Position numbers and translations under genes: made by a program
In this document: one piece after another, positions 39,087 to 50,470 of the stretch
How the letters are laid out: each line of letters starts with the position of its first letter
How positions within the stretch are numbered: the stretch's first letter is position 1
Assembly: GCA_963708075.1 (NCBI GenBank)
Contig: OY970194.1
Location: 3,488,001-3,552,000, forward strand
Length of the DNA: 64,000 nucleotides
From: Sedimentisphaerales bacterium
GTDB taxonomy: Bacteria > Planctomycetota > Phycisphaerae > Sedimentisphaerales > Anaerobacaceae
Direction: 5' to 3'
Notes under the pieces: model-generated
The model's database searches: none
Seen by the model: only the letters and a program-made list of their open reading frames with translations
What the model was told of the DNA's origin: nothing

Positions 39087-40091
39087 ATGCCCGACATGCA
39101 GAGTACGGAGCCGGAACGAAAACCGCGACACGGGAAGTGGTTCATTGTGGCGGGTCTGATGGCGGCTCTCACAGTATTACTCATACGGCCAATGATACAC
39201 TGCCCCAGCAAGTCCGCTGCTCAGGTCGTGAATCCAGTTCCCTCGCCACACGTCACATCGCTTCCGTGGGTCACAGTGCCTGCGCAGATCCCAGCGTCTC
39301 CACAGGTCACAGCGCTTCCGCCGGCGGATACAGACGAATCTGAGAATACCGTCTCCAGTCAAGTTGTGGAATCCGAAGAAGCCGCACGGCTTCAGGCCCT
39401 GGATGCCGAACTGGCGGAACTCGATACCTACGTTGCCGAAGAACGCCAGAGGATTGAGACGTGGTATGCGAGTGCTCTGGCACAGTTGAAAGCCTGGGCG
39501 GAAAATCGATGCAAGAAGCTTGACGGCGAAGAGAAGGCGCCATGGGCGTGGTGCCTGCGACAGATACAGAATACCGAGGCGCATACGGAAGGCCGCATGA
39601 TGACAAAGAGTTACAGCCAGGGAAGCGGGCGTTTCTCTCCAAATGGTTACGTCGTGGGAAGCGGCTATTCCAGGACAGAAGGACGCATCACACAAGTCAG
39701 GCGCAGTCAAACAGCGGGTGATCCCGCGGCAGACTACCGCAGGTTCCTGATCGGGATTGAGAACTCACGTGCCGCCGTGGAGCGAGAGTTGAACCGGCTG
39801 AGAGAAGTGCGAGACAGGCAGTTTGCCCAGCTTGAGGCGTTCGCCAATCCCAAGAAAGCAGCGATAGCAACCAGGAGACTGAATCTAAACCGGGAGACTG
39901 CGAGACGAATACAAGGCGGTCCCGGCCTGCTGGACGGAATCTTTGCCTCCGGCAGTGGGTATGGCGCCATGATTGATGGCGAGGTTGTCCATGAAGGCAG
40001 TTCAATAAATGGATATCGGGTCCGCAGCATCACCCGTGATAATGTCCAGTGTGAAAAGGATGGACAGGTGTTCACCCTGAGTATGCCGTGA
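39087..40091 (+). CDS. Membrane-anchored coiled-coil protein with small C-terminal beta domain (GspB/PilP-like)
   Basis: N-terminal TM, Pro-rich linker, coiled coils, C-terminus AMIDGEVVHEGSSINGYRVRSITRDNV. Confidence 0.6.
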   Translation: MPDMQSTEPERKPRHGKWFIVAGLMAALTVLLIRPMIHCPSKSAAQVVNPVPSPHVTSLPWVTVPAQIPASPQVTALPPADTDESENTVSSQVVESEEAARLQALDAELAELDTYVAEERQRIETWYASALAQLKAWAENRCKKLDGEEKAPWAWCLRQIQNTEAHTEGRMMTKSYSQGSGRFSPNGYVVGSGYSRTEGRITQVRRSQTAGDPAADYRRFLIGIENSRAAVERELNRLREVRDRQFAQLEAFANPKKAAIATRRLNLNRETARRIQGGPGLLDGIFASGSGYGAMIDGEVVHEGSSINGYRVRSITRDNVQCEKDGQVFTLSMP

Positions 40092-40619
40092 TGAAGTGCG
40101 GCTGATTCCGCAATTCAACGCACCACGCCGCGTCCCCCCCTCTCGTACGGGCGAATCGTCATTCGCCCCTACCATTATCAATCCAAGGGGCGCGGGACCG
40201 AGTCTCAATTATCAACTATTGCGTCGCATTGATTGGCGAAAGGGGACGGGCACTGTCCTTCTTCGTGCTCTCGGTGGTCAAGAGCGGTTGCCTTTGGACT
40301 GATGATTGGCACGACAGCCGGGGTTGTCTCAGGCTGGAGGCTTTAGGCCGTAGCATGATAACCATGCAACCATTGAACTGGAATTGCGATGGAATCGTAA
40401 GTAATCGAGAGTCCGGTCGTGGGCGATGAAGCGCTGGTGTTCCCCATCTGAATGCGGAGGAATCCATAGGTTCCCGTGCAGGCGATCTTGCGAAACAAAG
40501 CCAACTCATCCGGCCGGCGGAGGGTAGGCATGGCGGGCTGGGCGAAACAAAGCCAATTTCCGGACATAAGCCGGGCGAATGGCGGCTGCAATGAGGCGTG
40601 GAGAAGGTCTGAAAAAACC

Positions 40620-40648
40620 TTGCTCCATCCTGTCGCATGGGCTACAAT
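40620..40648 (+). promoter_or_regulatory. Putative sigma70 promoter of clpX
   Basis: TTGCTC-N17-TACAAT. Confidence 0.55.
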
Positions 40649-40694
40649 CAGGCGGGTAGGAGGTATATAAGGGGTTCTGAACGAGAGAACAGGG

Positions 40695-41966
40695 ATGACG
40701 AAACAGACGAACAATCGAAAATCCAAAGCAATTTGCAGTTTCTGCGGCCGTTCGGGCAGTCAGGCGGATACCCTCATCGAGGGGCCGGACAATGTATTCA
40801 TCTGCCCTGAATGCGTGGAGCTGTGCCATAATATCATCAAGCAGAACCGCCGGCAGTCGAGCGGACAGCGTGCGGGCCTGAGGGAATTGCCCAAACCGCG
40901 TGAGGTAAAGGAGTACCTCGACCAGTATGTGATCGGCCAGGAGAACGCCAAGCGGTACCTGTCCGTAGCGGTGCACAACCACTACAAGCGGCTGCTCCAC
41001 GGCGATATCGGCGATAGCGACGTCGAGCTGGACAAGTCGAACGTCATGCTGATCGGCCCGACGGGCAGCGGCAAGACGCTGCTGGCCCGGACGCTGGCCC
41101 GCAAGCTCGATGTGCCCTTTGCCATCTGCGACGCTACGACGGTCACAGAAGCCGGCTACGTCGGCGAGGACGTGGAGAATTTCCTTCTGCGGCTACTGCA
41201 AAACGCCGATTATGACCTCGACGCCGCTCAGCGGGGCATCGTCTATATCGACGAAATCGACAAGATCGGCAAGACCTACCAGAACATCTCGATCACCCGC
41301 GACGTCTCCGGCGAGGGCGTGCAGCAGGCCCTGCTTAAGATGCTCGAAGGCACGATCGCGAACATCCCGCCCCAGGGCGGCCGCAAGCACCCCGAGCAAT
41401 CCTACATCCAGATGGATACGACCGACATCCTGTTCATCTGCGGCGGCACGTTCGTCGGGCTGGACAACATCATCAAGAAGCGCCTCGGCCGCAAGATGAT
41501 CGGCTTCGGCTCGGAACTGGCGACCAAGGCGGATGCCCACGAGGAATTCACCGATGTGCTGGAGCAGGTCATCCCCGAGGATATCATCGAGTTCGGCATG
41601 ATTCCCGAAATCGTCGGCCGCCTGCCCGTGGTGGCCACGCTTGGAGCCCTGGATGAAGAAGCTCTGGTCGACATTCTGACGAAACCCAAGAACGCACTGG
41701 TTCGGCAGTATCAGCGATTCTTCGAGATGGAGGACGCCGAGCTGGAGTTCACGCCGGAGGCCTTGCGTGCCCTGGCGCGAAAGGCCCTCAAGCATGACAC
41801 GGGGGCAAGGGCGCTGCGGTCGATCACCGAGGACCTCATGGTCGATCTGATGTATCAACTGCCCGAAGAGGCGAAACCGGCAAGATACGTGATCACGAGT
41901 GATATCGTGGAAGGCAGGGTCGATCTCACGGCCGCCAGGCAGCAAGTCCGCAAGGAATCCGCCTGA
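40695..41966 (+). CDS. clpX: ATP-dependent Clp protease ATP-binding subunit ClpX
   Basis: CSFCG zinc finger, [46 protein letters not shown] loop. Confidence 0.98.
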   Translation: MTKQTNNRKSKAICSFCGRSGSQADTLIEGPDNVFICPECVELCHNIIKQNRRQSSGQRAGLRELPKPREVKEYLDQYVIGQENAKRYLSVAVHNHYKRLLHGDIGDSDVELDKSNVMLIGPTGSGKTLLARTLARKLDVPFAICDATTVTEAGYVGEDVENFLLRLLQNADYDLDAAQRGIVYIDEIDKIGKTYQNISITRDVSGEGVQQALLKMLEGTIANIPPQGGRKHPEQSYIQMDTTDILFICGGTFVGLDNIIKKRLGRKMIGFGSELATKADAHEEFTDVLEQVIPEDIIEFGMIPEIVGRLPVVATLGALDEEALVDILTKPKNALVRQYQRFFEMEDAELEFTPEALRALARKALKHDTGARALRSITEDLMVDLMYQLPEEAKPARYVITSDIVEGRVDLTAARQQVRKESA

Positions 41967-42052
41967 GATGATTGATGAAGGATAATTGATGAAGGATGAT
42001 TGAAAGAGGAGGTCCGGACTCCTCCAGATCATCAATCATCGATAATCAACAA

Positions 42053-43126
42053 TCAATCAAAGACCTCGACTTGTGAGTAGACCGGGGTCAGCAGATTGAA
42101 CATGAGGACGGCGTCGCCATTGTACATGCGGATGCAGCCGCGAGAGCCGGCGGTGCCGATCTGCTCGGGCTCCTTCGTGCCGTGGATGGCGAATCCCGTT
42201 CTGTCCTTGGCCGCGCCTTCAAGACCGTCCAGCGCGATCCATCGTGAGCCCAGCGGGTAGTCCGGATCTCTTGCGGTGTAGAGTCTTCCGCTGTCCGGAT
42301 CAGTCCACGGTGGCTGGATCAACTTACCAGCCTCCTGAACACGCCAGACACCGGTCGGCGTCTCAAAACCGGGCTTGCCCAAACCCACCTTGAAGCTGCG
42401 GACGTACGTATCCCCGAGATACAGATCCAGCGTGAATGTGGAGCGATAGACTTTGGCATGGAACGGCCCCTTGACGATCTTGAGGGCCCGGCCGGCCTGA
42501 AGGCTCTCAGGCTTGGGGATGTTGTTGATCTGCATCAGGATCTCGTAGGGGATCTTGTTCCGACGCCCGATCACCTGCAGCAGGTCGCCCCGCTTGACCA
42601 TGTACGTCTCGCACAGAGTATCCCCGGCAAAAACGGCGGGGCCGAAAAGCCAATTCTCCGCCAGCTTCGCCATCTCGTCCTTGACGGTCTGCCTTTGCTC
42701 CGGGCTCATGGACAGTTTCAGGGCATCGTTCAGATTGTTGCGGACCTCGATAATGCGGCCGGGCTGCGACTGCTGCAGGGCGACCGCCTTGGCAACAATG
42801 TCCGCCACGGCTGGGTTCGGCTCGTTGGTCACCGCAGGTACATTCGCCATACCGCCCGCCGGTGAGAATCCAAACTGAGGCTGCGATGGCGCCGGTGTGG
42901 TCGGCTGAGGCTGCGTCTCATGGGCTGCACCGGGTGCCGGCTCGGCCGGGTTACTGACGGCGTTCGCCTCCGGGACCGTTTCGCCGGCCACCGCCTCCTG
43001 CGGCGCCCCGGAATGCCCGCGGAACAGAACGAACACGACAGCCCCGAACACAAGCAGGGCGACCACGAGATACAGACTGCTGGTCCGGAATTGGCCGGCG
43101 ATCCATTTGAAAGACAAGCGAGCCAT
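42053..43126 (-). CDS. LysM-containing L,D-transpeptidase (YkuD family)
   Basis: YMVKRGDLL (LysM), TPTG, GFAIHGT...SRGCIRM. Confidence 0.92.
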   Translation of the reverse strand: MARLSFKWIAGQFRTSSLYLVVALLVFGAVVFVLFRGHSGAPQEAVAGETVPEANAVSNPAEPAPGAAHETQPQPTTPAPSQPQFGFSPAGGMANVPAVTNEPNPAVADIVAKAVALQQSQPGRIIEVRNNLNDALKLSMSPEQRQTVKDEMAKLAENWLFGPAVFAGDTLCETYMVKRGDLLQVIGRRNKIPYEILMQINNIPKPESLQAGRALKIVKGPFHAKVYRSTFTLDLYLGDTYVRSFKVGLGKPGFETPTGVWRVQEAGKLIQPPWTDPDSGRLYTARDPDYPLGSRWIALDGLEGAAKDRTGFAIHGTKEPEQIGTAGSRGCIRMYNGDAVLMFNLLTPVYSQVEVFD

Positions 43127-43127
43127 C

Positions 43128-43709
43128 CTAAGCTCCTTTCTGCTCGTCGCAGTAAATGATTTCCTCATCAGTCACAAGAAAGTGAACGGGCTCATCGCTT
43201 TCGGTCACAGGGATCGTATCGAGCACCTGCTCGGCGAAGGCCAGGCCGCAGCGCGCAGCCTTCACTTCCTTGTTGGCAAAAAATCGGTCGTAATATGAGC
43301 CTCCTCGGCCTAATCGATTCCCCCGCCGGTCGAACCCGAGGCCCGGGGCAACCACCAGGTCGATCTCGCCGAAAGGAATCGGCGCTCCTGCCGTGGGATT
43401 TCGCAGACCCCAGGAACTGGTGGAGAAGCCCGTCTCTAGCGATGTGATCTGGACAGGAATCATGTGCCGCTGTTGCCATGAGATCTTCGGCACCGCCACT
43501 GTCTTGCCAAGCTGCCAGGCATGTAGAATGGCGTCCGAGGTGTCCAACTCGTGCGGCAGGGACAGGAACAACATCACAATAGAGGCGTGTTGAAATTCCT
43601 CGGTGGAGATCAAGTTCTGGCACGCCTTCTTGCTCTTTGCTTTTTGCTCGGCGGCCGGGATGGACAGCAGGCGGTTGCGTAACTGACGCCGTAGCTCAAC
43701 CTTCTCCAT
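43128..43709 (-). CDS. 5-formyltetrahydrofolate cyclo-ligase
   Basis: VVAPGLGFDRRGNRLGRGGSYYDRF. Confidence 0.95.
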   Translation of the reverse strand: MEKVELRRQLRNRLLSIPAAEQKAKSKKACQNLISTEEFQHASIVMLFLSLPHELDTSDAILHAWQLGKTVAVPKISWQQRHMIPVQITSLETGFSTSSWGLRNPTAGAPIPFGEIDLVVAPGLGFDRRGNRLGRGGSYYDRFFANKEVKAARCGLAFAEQVLDTIPVTESDEPVHFLVTDEEIIYCDEQKGA

Positions 43710-43713
43710 TAGC

Positions 43714-45101
43714 TCATCCTTGATCTTCACGGGAACTTCCCTTCCCGAATGTTTTCCCACTTTCTATCAGCCTTTGCAGGTTTTGTAAATACTGCCGAAT
43801 GTTTTTCTCATATCCGGCGTCCTTTGGGTCATAATACTGCTTCGGCGGCCCCGGCAGATACTCCTGAGGCACAAAACCACCTGCATAGTCATGCGGGTAT
43901 TTGTAATCCACCCCGAACCCGGCCTTTTTCGCAGCCGGGTAATGCGAGTCCTTCAAATGTTGCGGCACCGCCCGGATCGGCTGCGTCTTGACGTCTGCCG
44001 ATGCCTGCCAGACCGCGCTGGCACTGGCGTTGGACTTCGGGGCGCAGGCCACATAAATGGCCGCCTGGGCCAGCGCGAGCTGCGCCTCGGGCAGGCCCAC
44101 GAACTCGGTGATCTGCACGGCCGCCGCCGCCAGCACCGTCGCCATCGGGTCGGCATTGCCGACGTCTTCCGTGGCACAGATGGCGATCCGCCTGGCAATG
44201 AAGCGAGTGTCCTCGCCCCCTGCCAGCATGCGGGCAAGCCAGTACACGGTGGCATCCGGGTCCGAGCCTCGCATGCTCTTCTGCAAGGCGCTGGCCAAGT
44301 CGTAATGCGTATCGCCCGTTCCGTCGTAAAGGACAGCCTTTTGTTGTATCGACTCTCTTGCGGTTTCCAGATGAAATTTTAGCGGTCCTGCCTCCGCCCG
44401 GGCTGCCTGTGAGAGCACGCCGATCTCCAGAGCGGTCAGGGCCTTACGGGCATCCCCTTCCGACATGTCCGCCAGGAACTCCAGGGCCGCCGGATCGGCC
44501 TGGACGTTCAGGTTCCCCAGGCCCCGCTCGCGGTCTTCTACCGCCTTCTTGAGCAATTCCAGGACCTCGTCGCGGCTCAATGGCTCAAATCGGAAGACCG
44601 TGCTGCGGGAGATCAGCGGGCCCGTGATGGCGAAATATGGGTTCTCGCTGGTGGCGCCGATGAGGATCAGAACGCCGGACTCGACATCGTTGAGCAGGAC
44701 GTCCTGCTGGGCGCGGTTGAAACGGTGGATCTCGTCCACGAAAAGCACCGTCCTGGCCCTATGCGAGGCCAGTCGGTCCCGGGCCTCGGCAATGACCTCG
44801 CGGATGTCCTTGACGGTCGCGGCCGGGGCGCTGAGGTAGTGGAACTTCGCCTGGGTATGATGGGCGATCACCATCGCCAGTGAAGTCTTGCCGGCCCCGG
44901 GCGGGCCATGGAAGATCAGGCTGCTGAGCCGGTCGGCCGCAAGCATGCGGGTGAGCAGCTTGCCGGGACCGAGGAAGTGCTTCTGCCCGACGAACTCCTC
45001 CAGCGTTCTCGGCCGCATCCTCGCCGCCAGGGCGCCGCCGACTGAACATTGGCGCTCTCACGAGCCTCGAACAACCCTTTATCACTACTACGATCTTGCA
45101 T
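43714..45101 (-). CDS. rarA: Replication-associated recombination protein A (apparent -1 homopolymer frameshift at ~45030)
   Basis: MRPRTLEEFVGQ, GPPGAGKT, DEIHRFN, SALQKSMRGSD, EDVGNAD; adding one C restores APLAARMRP from ATG 45101. Confidence 0.95.
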
Positions 45102-45582
45102 GGCGGCCATTATACGGGCGAGACGGTCGATTGCAATTCGCTTGCATGCGCCAGGCGATCCCGGGCAGACAGTCACACAAAACCTGCTGTGGATCCCAGA
45201 AGCCCCATTGAGGCACCCATCATGGCGCCACGATGGTGACATAACTTCTTGTGCAGGGATGAATTATGCCTTTTGCAGGTCATTGTCCCCTGCCCGAGTG
45301 ACAATGTGGGTAAGATCACAACAGCGGACGTAGTCTGCCTGTTTTAACCTGAAGGCCTCCCTCGTGACGCAAATAAAGAGGCAAGTGAAGGCTTTTTCTC
45401 TTGATTTTGTCCCTCTACCTGATATAGTAGCGCGAACATTTTTGGACTTTGTGTGGTGGACATTTGAACCGGGAATTCAAGTGCCAGGTTGCAGGCTTGT
45501 CGTGTGCCATTATGTCTTTGTCGTATGTATAGATCGGCTATGGGAAGGCCAGGGTAAGACACTTTTTTGAAAGGGGAGTAGT

Positions 45583-46164
45583 ATGATGCGTTGTTTGATG
45601 TGGGCAGCAGTAGTGAGTCTGGTTTTTGCAGGGGCGGCGAGCGCTTCGGTCAAGCAGGGTGACACGGAACTCGAATTCATGGGCGGTTTCATCACTGAGG
45701 ATGCGTCCGGCGATACCGGCGTGGAGACGGATTCCTGGTTCGCATCCGGCGGGCTCGGTTACTTCCTGAATGACAACCTGCAGGTTTCGGCCGCCGCGTT
45801 CGGCTTATGGACAGAGACCGACTTTGTTGAGCCGGGGGAACGAGAGGAGTGGGACATCGATGTCGTCGGCGTAGGCGGCAAAGCCAGATGGCATTTCATG
45901 CCGGCCAACCAGTTGGTGCCCTATGTGGGCGCTCAGTTGTTCTACGTCGATGCGGATGTTGAGAACAAGGTAGACGGCGTGAAGGAGTTCAGCTTGAATC
46001 CTGATGGCGTGCTGTGGGGCCCGATCGCAGGTCTGAGGTTTGAGTTGAATGACAACAACGATTTCTTCGCAGAGTACCAGTATCACATCTGGGATGGCGA
46101 CGTTGGCTCGCTCCTGGACGACGGGCATGCTATCTTCATCGGCATCGTCCACCAGTTCAAGTAG
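45583..46164 (+). CDS. Outer-membrane beta-barrel protein
   Basis: Signal peptide, GYFLNDNL, LVPYVGA, terminal IVHQFK. Confidence 0.85.
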   Translation: MMRCLMWAAVVSLVFAGAASASVKQGDTELEFMGGFITEDASGDTGVETDSWFASGGLGYFLNDNLQVSAAAFGLWTETDFVEPGEREEWDIDVVGVGGKARWHFMPANQLVPYVGAQLFYVDADVENKVDGVKEFSLNPDGVLWGPIAGLRFELNDNNDFFAEYQYHIWDGDVGSLLDDGHAIFIGIVHQFK

Positions 46165-46230
46165 GATCCGGCGGTGAGGAATTGAATCGGACGGACGCAA
46201 TGAGGTCCGCATAACAACACCCGGGTATGT

Positions 46231-46267
46231 GCTGCGAGTCCTGCGGGACTCGCAGCTTTTTTTATTT
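46231..46267 (+). terminator. Rho-independent terminator
   Basis: GCTGCGAGTCC-TGCG-GGACTCGCAGC followed by a T run. Confidence 0.85.
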
Positions 46268-46598
46268 GTGGCGTTCTGCAAGATTCTGCCTGTTTCCTCC
46301 CGCCGGGTCTGCCGGACTCATCGTTGACGTGACAGCCAGCCCTTCCATCACCGCTCATAGCGGACGTCGCGGCGATCCCAAGGAGCACCCTGGACATTAT
46401 CGGACAATGCTCAGACCGGCTCGTACCGTGACGCCTCCACCCCACCCTAAAAAGGTTAAGAATGTCACCGATAACCGCCGATAACAGCAGAAGATAGGCC
46501 GGGGGACACCGGTTACGCGCCCTCAGGTTTGTGGGTATATAGCGGAATCCGCCCGGCCGGGGAATCTCAGTGAATGGCATTAGTGAAAGGGAAGTCGT

Positions 46599-47268
46599 AT
46601 GACAAGTCGATTGGCTTGGGTCTCGATGGCCATTTTGGGTCTTGCCGGCGCCGCCGGTGCATCCGTGCAGAAGGGCGATACAGAGCTGGAGTTTCTCGGC
46701 GGCTGGCTCAGTCAGAGCGGCAGCAGCGAAGGGTCTGATTTCGATGCGTGGTTCGCGTCGGGCGCGTTCAACTACTTCGTCAGCGACAATCTGTCGTTGG
46801 GTGTTGGCGCCTTTGGCAGTCAGATGAACATGTCCGGCGGGACCAGCACCCTTGAAGTGGATGTGGGCGGAGGTTTCAGTATCGACGCGCAGTTCAGGGA
46901 CATCGAGCAGGATATCACTGTCTATGGCGTGGGAGCGAATATCAAGCTGCATTTCGCGCCGACCAATCAATGGGTGCCGTATATTGGCGGCCAAATCAAG
47001 TGGGTTAGCGCGGAAGTGGATACCACCGGCAAGTATGCCGCCGAGAACCGGTCCGGACACCGGGGAGTTCGGTCCCGAACAGGACTTCAGCGAGAACACG
47101 GATGTCGACGGCATCCTGTACGGGCCTCTCGCCGGTGTGAGGGTCGAGTTGAATGAGTATAATGATCTTTTCGTGGAGGCCCAGTACCATCTCTGGGGCG
47201 GTGACGTCGGAGACATTCTCGATAACGGTTTCGGCGTCTTCGTCGGTATCGTCCACCAGTTCCAGTAG
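46599..47268 (+). CDS. Outer-membrane beta-barrel paralog (apparent +1 frameshift at ~47046)
   Basis: Paralog of 45583-46164 (GDTELEF...IVHQFQ) split across two frames at GAGAACC. Confidence 0.85.
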
Positions 47269-47324
47269 GACACGGCTCTGGCGAGTGGAACTCCGCCGGG
47301 CGATCTGAATCTCTGAGAGACATC

Positions 47325-47359
47325 GAGCTGCGGGTCCTTGGTTGGCCCGCAGCTCTTTT
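47325..47359 (+). terminator. Rho-independent terminator
   Basis: GAGCTGCGGG...CCCGCAGCTC followed by TTTT. Confidence 0.75.
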
Positions 47360-47545
47360 CATTTACGCCCCGCCGGAGCCTGTCGCGCCCCACAAAAATT
47401 TCGTCGTCACTTCCATGCTTGACTGTCGGCGGGAAACCGCGTACAGTTCTGTCAAGGCGGGATGGCAGGATGGACATCCCGGCCCTCGTGCTGCGCAGGA
47501 TGCGGCAGATAGGAGCACATTGCTGTTTAGGAAAGGAGTGGGAAA

Positions 47546-48464
47546 ATGACACATCAAAAGGCACTTCTGGTTGTCGGTCTTGTGAGCATGGCGGTCTTGG
47601 CGTCCACGGCCCTGGGCGGTGCGCCGATGGGGCCGCCAATGGCGCTGCTGGGCGAGGGCAATGTGGGCTTTGGAGGGGAGTACGGGCATGAGAGCATGGA
47701 TCTGCGCGCCAATGGGACTCTCTCGGCGGTATACGGAGGCGTGCCCTTCGACTTCGTCGAGACCATAGAGATCGAGGATCTGTCGATGAACATGTTCTTC
47801 GTGACCCTGGGCTATGGTGTGTGCGACAACTGGGACATCTTCCTGCGCGGGCGCCGCGGATGCCCAGGACGATATGACGGGTCGAGGGAATATCCCCGTG
47901 AACCCCAATGACCCTGACTCGCTTGTCGATCAGCTTGGCGTCCCACAAGAGTACTCTCTGGACAGCCTCAACAGCGATTTCGGATTCGCGTTCGGCGTGG
48001 GCACGCGAGGCACCTTCTGCCGCTCGGGACCATGGGCGTTCGGCGGGCTGGTGCAGGCAACCTACTTCATGCCCGGCGACAGCGACATTGAATACACCGA
48101 TCCGCTCTGGGGAGAGGGCGTGGTGCAGGTCGGGGATGCCGAACTTCGCTTTTGGGAGGCACAGGTCTCGCTGGCGGCCAGCTACCAGGTAGACACGCTG
48201 CGGCTGTGGGCCGGACCGTTTCTCCAGTTTGTCATGGGCGATCTCGACCGCGACGGCGAGGTTCTCTTCGATGGCGAGAATCTGGGTGACACGTTCGACG
48301 CATCCAGCGACCTGCAGCAGGAATCCGAGATCGGCGGGCACTTCGGCGGCGATTGGAGCATAAACCAGCAGGTGGATCTGTGGGTGGAAGGCCAGGTCAC
48401 CGGCGATTCCTGGTTTGTGGGCGTCGGCCTGCTGCTCAAGCCGCAAGAGTCTTTCGGGATGTAA
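47546..48464 (+). CDS. Secreted beta-barrel-like protein (apparent frameshift at ~47850)
   Basis: AAGGAG RBS, signal peptide, LGYGVCDNWDIFLR continuing as AGAADA in ORF 47814-48464. Confidence 0.75.
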
Positions 48465-48544
48465 GTCCCAGAATCGGCATTGCTTGAAGGGATCTCACGG
48501 GAGGTTGTATCACAGCGATACAGCCTCCCTTCTCTCGATGGACG

Positions 48545-49555
48545 TCACGTGGCCCGGTCCGCCATGAGCCGGGCGGTCTCCGCCAGCGCGTCCCTGGCTT
48601 GGCCCGCCGGCAGGGCCTTGAGGGCTTCGATCGCCTTGGCAGCGTACTGTTGGGTCCGCACGCGTGCATATCGCACACTGCCATTTCTCGCAAGCATGCC
48701 GGCCAACTCGCTCCTGGACTCGGCCGGGTTCTTCAACAAGTTCTGGATCGCCTCTTTTTCGGATGCACACGCCGTATCAAGCAGGTGGATGACAGCCAGG
48801 GTCGGTTTGCCATGATCGAAGTCGCTCTGCAATGGCTTGCCCATGCGGCCCTCTTCCCCCGTGATATCGAGTACATCATCCATGATCTGGAAGGCGGTGC
48901 CGGCATGCAATCCATACAAGGACGCCGCTTCCACCTGCTCCTGTGAGGCCTGCGTCAGCATGGCGCCCAGCCGGCAGCACCCGCTGAAAAAGGAGGCGCT
49001 CTTGTCCGCGATGATGTCGAGGTACTCGGCCTCGCGGAGCTGCCAATTCCGCCTCTGCATGACCTGCCTGAGTTCCCCCTCGCACACCCGCATGGCCGTT
49101 TGCGCCAGGACTTTGGCCACGGGGGCCTGCAACTCGGCCGTCATCCTGAAGACCCGGCTCAGGACGAAGTCGCCGAGCAGGACCGCCGATTCGTTGCCCC
49201 AGAGGCGATTAACGGTTGGGATACCCCGCCGGCTCTGGCCCTCATCGATAACATCATCATGAAGGAGCGTGGCATCGTGGACCATCTGCATCATGGCCGC
49301 AACGCGCACATGCTCGTCGGTGACTTGCCCGAGACATTCGCCCACGAGCAGCACCAGGCCCGGCCGGATCATCTTGCCGTGGCGGGAGACGAGATACTCA
49401 TACACGGGGACCAGTTCATCGGCAGTCGTTGCCGTCATCAGGGATTGACAGATGCACTCCCGGACGCGCTTCAACTGCGAATCGATCGCCTGAAACGGGC
49501 GGATCTCAAGCCACGGGGCATTCTCAGGAGCGTTGGTGTTCACTGGCAACTGCAT
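48545..49555 (-). CDS. Polyprenyl diphosphate synthase
   Basis: GKMIRP, HDATLLHDDVID...RRG, AFQIMDDVLD, GKPTL. Confidence 0.95.
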   Translation of the reverse strand: MQLPVNTNAPENAPWLEIRPFQAIDSQLKRVRECICQSLMTATTADELVPVYEYLVSRHGKMIRPGLVLLVGECLGQVTDEHVRVAAMMQMVHDATLLHDDVIDEGQSRRGIPTVNRLWGNESAVLLGDFVLSRVFRMTAELQAPVAKVLAQTAMRVCEGELRQVMQRRNWQLREAEYLDIIADKSASFFSGCCRLGAMLTQASQEQVEAASLYGLHAGTAFQIMDDVLDITGEEGRMGKPLQSDFDHGKPTLAVIHLLDTACASEKEAIQNLLKNPAESRSELAGMLARNGSVRYARVRTQQYAAKAIEALKALPAGQARDALAETARLMADRAT

Positions 49556-49601
49556 GGGCCATGGTAAGCAGACGACAACCGCCGGCGCAGCACGCGGTCT
49601 G

Positions 49602-50468
49602 CTACTTCTCCTTTCGACGAGCGTAGCTGTAGAATCTGTCCCTGAGCAGACGTGTGATCGCACCGGGCTTGCCGTCGCCGATGACTCGGCCGTCGATCTC
49701 TACGATCCCGATGACCTCTGCGGCCGTCCCCGTCAGGAAGAACTCGTCGCAGACGTACAGGTCGTACCGGGTCAGGTTCTTCTCGACGACCTCCAGGCGC
49801 TCCTGCCGGGCCAGGCGGATGACTACCGCCCGGGTAATCCCCTCCAAGCTGCCCGCCTCCACCGGGGGCACGTAGACGATCTTATTGCGGACGATGAAGA
49901 CGTTGTCGCCCGTAGCCTCGGCGACATAGCCCTCATGGTTATACATGATGGCCTCGGGCGCACCAACGTCCAGGGCCTCCATCTTGGCCAGAATGTTGTT
50001 GAGGTAATTGAGGCTCTTGATCTGCGGGGGCAGGGCCAGGGGGTGGTTGCGCACGGTCGTGGCGCTGATCACCTTCATGCCCTTCTCGTAGAGTTCCTCC
50101 GGGTAGAGCTGGATCTTATCGGCGATGATGATCAGGCCGGCGGTCTTGCAGGTGAACGGATTGAGGCCCAGGCAACCGACGCCGCGGGTGACCAGGAGCC
50201 GGATGTACCCATCGTGAATCCGGTTTGCTTCCACCGTGGTCTCGATCGCGCGGGTCAAATCCTCCTTGCTCATCGGGACCTGCAGACGGATCGCCCGCGC
50301 CGAGTCGAAGAGCCGCCGGACGTGCGCTTCCATCTCGAACACCCTCTTGTCGTACACCCGGATCCCCTCGAACACGCCGTCGCCGTAGAGCAAGCCGTGG
50401 TCAAAAACGGATACCTTGGCATCCGCCTCGTCAACCAGTTTGTCATTGAGCCAAATCTTCAGTGCCAT
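49602..50468 (-). CDS. ilvE: Branched-chain amino acid aminotransferase
   Basis: DHGLLYGDGVFEGIR, KSLNYLNN, EATGDNVF, LEGITR, FLTGTAAEV. Confidence 0.97.
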   Translation of the reverse strand: MALKIWLNDKLVDEADAKVSVFDHGLLYGDGVFEGIRVYDKRVFEMEAHVRRLFDSARAIRLQVPMSKEDLTRAIETTVEANRIHDGYIRLLVTRGVGCLGLNPFTCKTAGLIIIADKIQLYPEELYEKGMKVISATTVRNHPLALPPQIKSLNYLNNILAKMEALDVGAPEAIMYNHEGYVAEATGDNVFIVRNKIVYVPPVEAGSLEGITRAVVIRLARQERLEVVEKNLTRYDLYVCDEFFLTGTAAEVIGIVEIDGRVIGDGKPGAITRLLRDRFYSYARRKEK

Positions 50469-50470
50469 AT

